Shown: piece by piece, positions 56,300-64,000 of the stretch | Layout of the letters: every line of letters begins with the position of its first letter | How positions within the stretch are numbered: position 1 is the first letter of the stretch | Source of the DNA: Phyllobates terribilis | Lineage: Eukaryota | Assembly (NCBI RefSeq): GCF_046119375.1 | Contig: NW_027362769.1 | Location: 367,660,001-367,724,000, forward strand | Length of the DNA: 64,000 nucleotides | Direction: 5' to 3' | The notes under the pieces: model-generated | Told to the model about the DNA's origin: nothing | Database searches by the model: none | What the model saw: only the letters and a program-made list of their open reading frames with translations | Position numbers and translations under genes: made by a program

Positions 56300-56830
56300 T
56301 TCACAATGTCTCCCCGGCCGGCAGAGCTGAGGGTTTGTTACACTGTGTCAGTGTGGAGTGCTGCGGCAGGTCACATATAGTAAAAATGGCGTTAACCACG
56401 TATATATGTATGTCCTGGACGAGTGCTGCACTGGGAGCCGCCATCTTGCCCCCACCATACAAGGCCGAGGCCTCTCGCAGCCATAGGAACAGCCCCGTAC
56501 ACACAATCCGCCATCCGGGGGTAATACCGAGTCACAACCGAGGTCTCCGGCCGGCAGAGCCCGAATCATGTCCTCCCGGGGTGCTGGCAGAGCCGGTGCC
56601 GCAGGATGGAGGCGGATGGACACGGCGACACTTACATTTTCCCGGCCTTTCTCTGCTTCTCCCTCTTCAGCTCGGATAAGCCGTCGCGCTCTTTGTGACG
56701 CGGCGCCGCCATCCTACAGACTGAAAGTGTCCGGTCGCTCAGAAGATGACGTCACGACGTTAGAGGGCGAAGGGGGCGTGTCCTGTGCGGCAGGCGTTTT
56801 AAAGGGAAAGGAAGCTCCTAGGGTTATTTT
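56300..56830 (-). promoter_or_regulatory. RNPS1 CpG-island promoter
   Basis: CpG-dense. CRE TGACGTCA at 56747-56754, GC/KLF box gggggcgtgtcc at ~56772-56783, and several YY1-type (A)AGATGGCG/AAATGGCG motifs. Confidence 0.85.
56636..56712 (-). CDS. RNPS1: RNPS1 exon 1: ends in AT (ATG completed by splicing); an in-frame upstream ATG at 56712 could add 25 aa
   Basis: ...gggaaaAT|gtaagt donor at 56635. The next exon starts G-GCT-CCT, giving MAPSP. Upstream frame MAAPRHKERDGLSELKREKQRKAGK is open. Confidence 0.8.
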
Positions 56831-59209
56831 GAATGAAGGAGTTTCCGCACGTTCCTAACTAAGGGGTTAACTTTCCCTTAAGTTCTCGCCCACTCCTGAC
56901 ACTCAGAATGTACGGTGTCCCTGAAGGTTCATACGGATAATGAAGGGAGTGGAGTGGCGAGTAACTGCAGCCAAGTTCAACAGTTTAACCCCTTAGATGC
57001 CTGTGCCTGTTGTTTCAATAAAAAAAAAAAGCACTTCAAATCCGGAAATGATTTAGGGAAAAAAAAACTCTTCAGGAAATGCCTCATTCACAAATGCGTT
57101 TTGGAACAGTTTTCTCCCTAAAGCGTTTTTTTGCAGCTTTCTGATTGGGCCGTTTTGAGAGGTTTTCCTCACTTCTGGGAAGTGACATGTACTTTTATCT
57201 TTTTTTTTCTGTCTGGAGTTTTTTTCCAGAACAAGAAAAAAAAAACACTGAAAAAAACTCTTCATGTGAACAGCAAAGTGGATTCCCCATAGAATTCAAT
57301 ATTAAAGAGATGTCCAAGCGTTTTTTTTATAAGCAGTGTTTGAGGAGGATCTGCTCTATAAAAAAATCAGTGCGAACAGAGACTAAGTTAATCTGCGCAT
57401 GACATTATTATGAGGAGGATAAAAACATTTTGAATTTTCCGGGGGAAATGCTTCAGGAAAGGCTCCTTTTATCCTGAAACGTTATTTACACCCTTTTGAT
57501 TGGACGGTTTTCGACTTGTTTGAGCGCGAACTCTCCAAGTCTCAAAACGCCTTAAAAACGAAATCCCAACTTTTGAAACATTTCTGTGATGAAAACTCAG
57601 AAAAAAGACTCAATGTGAACACATCCTTAGAGGTCAAAATGGGGAAAGGTGTCCCTGGCGGCCCCATGGCAACGTGACTCTCGGGTGGCGATGGTATTGT
57701 CATGACAGCCGGGGGTCTACTGAAGGTCCATTGTGGCCGTAGCTTGTCACTGAGGTTTATAGGAGACGTCATTTTACAATACGCTGCAAAATTAAAGTCC
57801 ATGTAGACAGGTCTATAATCATGAATCAGCATTCAGCTTGTGTAATAATAAAGAGATCACCAAACACCGGACAAACAAGCAAAAGTGGTTTGTCAGGTAA
57901 TAGGATTATTCACACCAGCATTAAAGGAGTTGCCCACTACTAGGAGAACCCCTTCTCAATTTAAAGAGGTTGTCCACTGATGACCTATCCTTAGGTAAGG
58001 ATAAGTAAGCCATCAAGTGATCACTGGTTCGAGTTCCCTCCAAGTACCAATAAAAATGTAAAAAAAATACTTAAACGTGTTTTAAAAAAATAAATATATA
58101 AATGTTCTCACCATCCTCCCCCTCCTGTTATTGGAAAGTAAAAAAAAAATCCAAACTAACATATTTGATTTCTCCGCGTGCGTGACCGCCTGAATGAATA
58201 AAATATCATAATATTTGTCAGGAATATTATAAAATATTAATATCAGGAAAATGTTCGTCCGTATCTGCCTGACATAAATGTTCACCCCCCTCCCTTATTC
58301 CCCTTCTGCTCAGCACAAAAGCCCCAATTAACACACGCCTGGTAAATAGTTTATGCAAACACGGCCAGCCAAGGAGTGTTATAACTTCGTTAGGAAACAA
58401 GCATCTTGTCTCTCAAAGACGCAGGTGGTAATTAAAACGCAGGCTTGCACTAATTTGCGTGTAACTGTTGAAGCTGCTTCCTGAGCCTCAAAGGAAAATT
58501 TCTAGACGCACTGACTCCGATATGAAATATGAAATCTTGTGAGTTCCATAGGTCCCACAGTAACGGGACCCATATGTGTAGTGACCAAATCAGCCCAGGA
58601 ATGTATAGGTAGATTTCCAGGGCTGTAACCAAAATCAGGGAGCTGTAGCGCAAAAACACCAGAGTAGCAGACTGTAGCTATGTGAAGTGTGATATCAAAA
58701 TAAAGATAACATCATAAGGGAAAAAATGGCGTAGTTTGCAAGCTTCTGCGATCAACGAGCGATGAGTTATCGCAGAAGTTAGCGTTTTTAATAAAAATGT
58801 ACAGGCTGGAGACCGGCCCACATGATGTCACCACAAGGGGCGTGTGGCCAGATCTCCCCTTAGGTATACGAGAACTCATGGACAGTACAGAAGCACTCAT
58901 TGCCAGGGGGGAATAAGAATTATAAGCAACGGGTCCTGTTCAATAACAGCATATTTCATCTGGAGAGCCCCTCCTCCACCTATATTGAATCATCTCCACG
59001 ATCGTATAGAGTATGTTGTCTTCTTTTCACCCTGTTTATTTTATGTAACTGCGTATGTATTTTACTGTCCCCTTTGTAGCATCCTTGTTTATATTTTTCC
59101 TAAACACTGCCTCCCTTTTGGATTAAATATAAAATTTAATACTTCTGTTTCTTTTGTTCTGTAATCGTTCCCTTCCCCGAAGCCATATACGCTACCAAAA
59201 CGCAGGAGT

Positions 59210-59531
59210 CCGGCCAGGCCTGTATTATATTTTAAACTCGGCCGGTGGTGGCAGAGAGTATTAATAATTGGGCTATCGTGAAGCTGACAGTGACCGTACG
59301 GAGGGCGTCAAACACGGATTCCAGGCTGTGGAACCCAGGGTGTTGCGCCATACTCTCACTGGTCGCTTACCGGCCAGGCCTGTATTATATTTTAAACTCA
59401 GACGGTGATGGCAGAGAGTATTAATAATTGGGCTATCGTGAAGCTGACAGTGACCGTACGGAGGGCGTTAAACACGGATTCCAGGCTGTGGAACCCAGGG
59501 TGTTGCGCCATACTCTCACTGGTCGCTTACC
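59210..59531. repeat. Tandem duplication, 2 x 160 bp
   Basis: ccggccaggcctgtattata...ggtcgcttacc starts at 59210 and again at 59370, with few differences. Confidence 0.95.
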
Positions 59532-61929
59532 GATACCTACGTAGAGAATAGTCTGGATCGCGTGCTCGTGACTCCGGACGAAATACGGACAGCGTGACGG
59601 CACGGTGAGATATTGTGTGATCTCCCTGGTGTCGTCTCTCTGTGTGTGTTGGAAATTCCTGACAAATTGGTGGCAGCGGTGGGATATTGTATGATCCTGC
59701 CGGTGTCGTCCTGACAATATTTTTCCCATATGGTGTACGACAAAACAGATGAAAAAAATCAAAATGGCAAAATTGTTTTATTTTGTGATGTTAATAATAA
59801 CAACAAGGGAAACTGAAGACATCAACAGATACCAGGAGCAGCAACGGAGACTCAACGCTGGACCCGGGGAGGGTGAGTAATGCCCAGTTTGCATTTTTAC
59901 TACGAACACAGCTTAAGAGAAAAACTTTTCTGAATGGGGACAACACTTTTACAGGTGCTCAGTGCATCATGGCGGGGGCCAAACATTTAAATACACCTTT
60001 CCACCTGTTTGTTTTCTCTCTTGTCGCCTTTTCTTTTTATTGACAGCTCTGGCATTAAAGAGCCAGACAATGGCGGAGATAGAGGCAAAACAAGCAGGTG
60101 GGAAGGTGTATTTAGAGGGACTTTGTCAGCACAGAATGACTGTTCAAACTAAGCCCTGACACTCAGTACTTCATGGCGGAGCCAACCATTTAAATACACC
60201 TTCACACTTGCTTGTTTTCCCTCTATCTATTAAATTTACAAAAATAGAATGACTCTAAACTCCTTATTAACTTGTGACACTCGCTGTCACATGCATGGTG
60301 TATGGAGCGGACTATTGCAGGATACAGCATAGGCATAATTTATAAAATACAATAAAAATGGAAAAAAAAAAGAAAAATATACATTTTTAAATCCTTCCCC
60401 TTTTAAAAGTAAATAAAAAAAACTATTTGGTATGACTGTGAATGTAAAAGTCAGATCTATCAAAATATAAAATACCGTATATTAAAGATCAAAAAGAAGA
60501 AAAAAATGAAAACACAGAATTTTTCGTTGCTGCACTCCATTAAAACATATTCCCTTAAAAGCAATAAAAAGGTTGAATGTCTCCCAAAGTTGTATCAATA
60601 AAAACTACAGCTCAGTGCACACAAAAACAAGTCCATTGATAAATAATTAAAAAAGTTACATGAAATGGCAACACAAACAAATTTATTTATTTTTTTTACA
60701 AACATTTTTTTTAAAAAAGTAAAAGAAAACCTAGTAAGTTTGGAATCGCCCTACATGCTGACTGTGGAAAATAATATTATCAGGTAAAATGCTGCAAAAA
60801 TAAAATCCTGAAAACAATAGCAGAATTGAGTTGGTAAATAAAGGCAGAGCAAAATTGCTGAATGATCGTGCTCCACGATATATATATCAGTCATGGGGCA
60901 GATGTTGGCTCTGTTATTCAGCTGGCACCTGCCTCTAAAAACAGAGACTTTAGTGAATTCCTGAAAATTACTATTTAACCATTTCAACCAATCAGCAGTA
61001 TTTAAAGGGATCGTTTGACACCCAAAACGTTTTTTTTTTAGGCTTCCATGGTTCTAATATAATAGAATATAATTTAATTCAATATAATCAATAATATAAT
61101 ATAATAATATAATTTAATATAATCACCCTCCAGCATCTCACAGATCCTGCACAGGCTGCTCAGGTTTGGAAGTCATAGAACCACTGCAGCAGTCAGATGA
61201 CTAGAAGAGCCTGCATACACCTCTGTAGCAGGCTGTGCTGGATGTGCGGGGGGTGCAGGAAGGGGAGTATGCCCCCATTTATTATTTTAAAAATATCCCT
61301 GCCTGGAAAAAAAAAAGATTTCCATCTCCCAGCAACCCCTTTAAGTGGTTTGATCCCAGTAGTGCTACCATTAAGGCGCCCATCGCTGTCCCCTGATCTT
61401 GTGATCGAGAAGTGCCAAGGGGTTACCATGACCCTCATCGCTGCCATCTTAGTGCTCTGAATAGGAGACTCTGATATTTACTATATACTGCAATACTGAA
61501 CTACTGGAGTATATAGTACAAGCTACCAATGGTCCCTATGGGGATCAAAAAATTAAGTGAGGATTAAATAAATAAATAAATATATATATATATATATATA
61601 TATGTTTGAATTATTCCCCTTTTGATAAAAAAAAAGAAAAAATGAAACTGCGCCTGGAAGGGGTTAAAGCTATAGAATTTATTTTCACAAAAATGTAAAT
61701 TTCTTATTTTTTGCAGAGTGCAAAAGTTTCAAAGTGTCTCTGGAATGGAGTTGGAAAAGTTTGGAGGTCTATTGTGTCACTGGATAAACTCTACAAAGGT
61801 ATAGGATGCTCATTGCATTACAAGTGAGTGCAGTCTAGTGCTCTCTGTTACCAGCCTGCAGAGAAGGTAATCCCCATGCACTGACATATATCTGATTGCT
61901 GCTCTATAGACTGTGGGCAGTGTCAGCCT

Positions 61930-62192
61930 GAGGTATAGTAGCCTCCTGCTAACAGCCTCCTCCTCCTCTCTACACCTCCCAGAGAGAGAGAAAAGGAGAC
62001 AGCGCGCTCTGATGACGTCAGTGCAGCGCGCCCAGTGTTTATGTGCTGCGCTCCGCTCCTCCATAGAAACTAGAAGCACCAGAGTAAACCCCGCCCATTC
62101 CTCACAGATCACGTGATATTGTAGAACTCCCCTCACCCAACGTAAACAAAGGCAGTGACATGGCTGCAGTCCCGGATACTGATAGTGTAGAG
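61930..62192 (+). promoter_or_regulatory. Candidate promoter and first coding exon (ATG 62160; MAAVPDTDSVE|gtatgt) of an unidentified gene
   Basis: CpG-rich patch with TGACGTCA, CACGTG and CCATAGAAAC, a good Kozak context (gacATGg) and a strong donor GAG|GTATGT at 62193. Confidence 0.45.
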
Positions 62193-62235
62193 GTATGTAC
62201 ACTGACCCGGGGACTACAGGGCTCAGCATAACATC

Positions 62236-63990
62236 AGGTATTAGGAGGAGGACGGGGCGTGTCCTGATGGTTGTGTATTAGGAGGAGGACGGGGCCGGGT
62301 CCTAATCCCTGTGTATTAGGAGGAGGATGGGGCCGTGTCCTGATGGCTGTGTATTAGGAGGAGGACGGGGCCGTGTTCTGATCCCTGTGTATTAGGAGGA
62401 GGACGGGGCCGTGTTCTGATCCCTGTGTATTAGGAGGAGGACGGGGCCGGGTCCTGATGGCTGTGTATTAGGAGGAGGACGGGGCCATGTCCTGATCCCT
62501 GTGTATTAGGAGGAGGACGGGGCCGCGTCCTGATGGCTGTGTATTAGGAGGAGGACGGGGCTGTGTCCTTGTGGCTGTGTATTAGGAGGAGGATGGGGCC
62601 GTATCCTGATCCCTGTGTATTAGGAGGAGGACGGGGCCGTGTCCTGATGGCTGTGTATTAGGAGGAGGACGGGGCCGTGTCCTGATGGCTGTGTATTAGG
62701 AGGAGGACGGGGCAGTGTCCTTGTGGCTGTGTATTAGGAGGAGGACTGGGCCGTATCCTGATCCCTGTGTATTAGGAGGAGGACGGGGCCGTGTCCTGAT
62801 GGCTGTGTATTAGGAGGAGGACGGGGCCGTGTCCTGATGGCAGTGTATTAGGAGGAGGACGGGCCGTGTTCTGATCCCTGTGTATTAGGAGGAGGACAGG
62901 ACCATGTCCTGATGGCTGTGTATTAGGAGGAGGACGGGGCAGTGTCCTTGTGGCTGTGTATTAGGAGGAGGACGGGACCATGTCCTGATGGCTGTGTATT
63001 AGGAGGAGGACGGGGCCGTGTCCTGATGGCTGTGTATTAGGAGGAGGAAGGGGCCGCGTCCTGATCCCTGTGTATTAGGAGGAGGACGGGGCCGTGCCCT
63101 GATTCCTGTGTATTAGGAGGACGGGGCCGTGTCCTGATCCCTGTGTATTAGGAAGAGGACGGGGCCGTGTCCTGATCCCTGTGTATTAGGAGGAGGATGG
63201 GGCCGTGTCTTGATCCCTGTGTATTAGGAGGAGGACGGGGCCGTATCTTGATCCCTGTGTATTAGGAGGAGGACGGGGCCGTGTTCTGATCCCTGTGTAT
63301 TAGGAGGAGGACGGGACCATGTCCTGATGGCTGTGTATTAGGAGGAGGACGGGGCAGTGTCCTTGTGGCTGTGTATTAGGAGGAGGACTTGACCATGTCC
63401 TGATGGCTGTGTATTAGGAGGAGGACGGGGCCGTGTCCTGATGACTGTGTATTAGGAGGAGGACAGGGCCGTGTCCTGATGGCAGTGTATTAGGAGGAGG
63501 ACGGGGCCGTGTTCTGATCCCTGTGTATTAGGAGGAGGACGGGACCGTGTCCTGATGGCTGTGTATTAGGAGGAGGACGGGGCCGTGTCCTGATGGCTGT
63601 GTATTAGGAGGAGGAAGGGGCCGCGTCCTGATCCCTGTGTATTAGGAGGAGGACGGGGCTGCGTTCTGATGGCTGTGTATTAGGAGGAGGACGGGGCCGT
63701 GCCCTGATCCCTGTGTATTAGGAGGAGGACGGGGCCGTGCCCTGATCCCTGTGTATTAGGAGGAGGACGGGGCCGTGTCCTGATCCCTGTGTATTAGGAG
63801 GAGGACGGGGCCGTGTCCTGATCCCTGTGTATTAGGAGGAGGACTGGGCCGTGTCTTGATCCCTGTGTATTAGGAGGAGGACGGGGCCGTGTCTTGATCC
63901 CTGTGTATTAGGAGGAGGACGGGGCCGTGTCTTGATCCCTGTGCATTAGGAGGAGGACTGGGCCGTATCCTGATGTCGGTGTATGAGGAG
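62236..63990. repeat. G-rich minisatellite, 38-bp unit (gtgtattaggaggaggacggggccgtgtcctgat[ggct/ccct]), ~46 copies, running to the window end
   Basis: Directly visible tandem repetition. Confidence 0.98.
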
Positions 63991-64000
63991 TAGCAGAGGT

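Noticed and set aside
62236-63990. Interstitial telomere
   Set aside because: The unit contains TTAGG once per 38 bp but no (TTAGGG)n tandem run.

Overview
Vertebrate genomic DNA, almost certainly an anuran frog (inferred from the repeat families and the gene sequences). Three recognisable genes are present. (1) IFT140, + strand: the last 12 coding exons (19959-35866). The first ~20 kb of the window is one large IFT140 intron. (2) TMEM204, - strand, nested in that intron: coding exons 1 and 2 are here, and exon 3 lies off the left edge. (3) RNPS1, - strand, complete (49605-56712), tail-to-tail with IFT140. A candidate promoter and first exon of an unidentified + strand gene lies at ~61.9-62.2 kb. 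Most other sequence is transposon-derived: several Tc1/mariner copies (including a 2.4 kb fold-back), a young internally deleted DIRS1 element, an old DIRS relic, chromoviral Gypsy ends, CR1, L1 and Helitron fragments, many palindromic MITEs, and five minisatellite arrays. I see no prokaryotic-type system, CRISPR array, rRNA or tRNA, and no clearly new multi-gene system. The most interesting observations are the fold-back Tc1 with a readable formation mechanism, an in-frame upstream ATG plus intron-split ATG in RNPS1, a minisatellite born from a transposase C-terminus, transposon-borne CTCF-like and RFX-like motifs, and an unclassified CpG-rich segment. Gene identities rest on recalled protein similarity plus GT-AG boundaries and frame continuity checked by hand; no database search was run.
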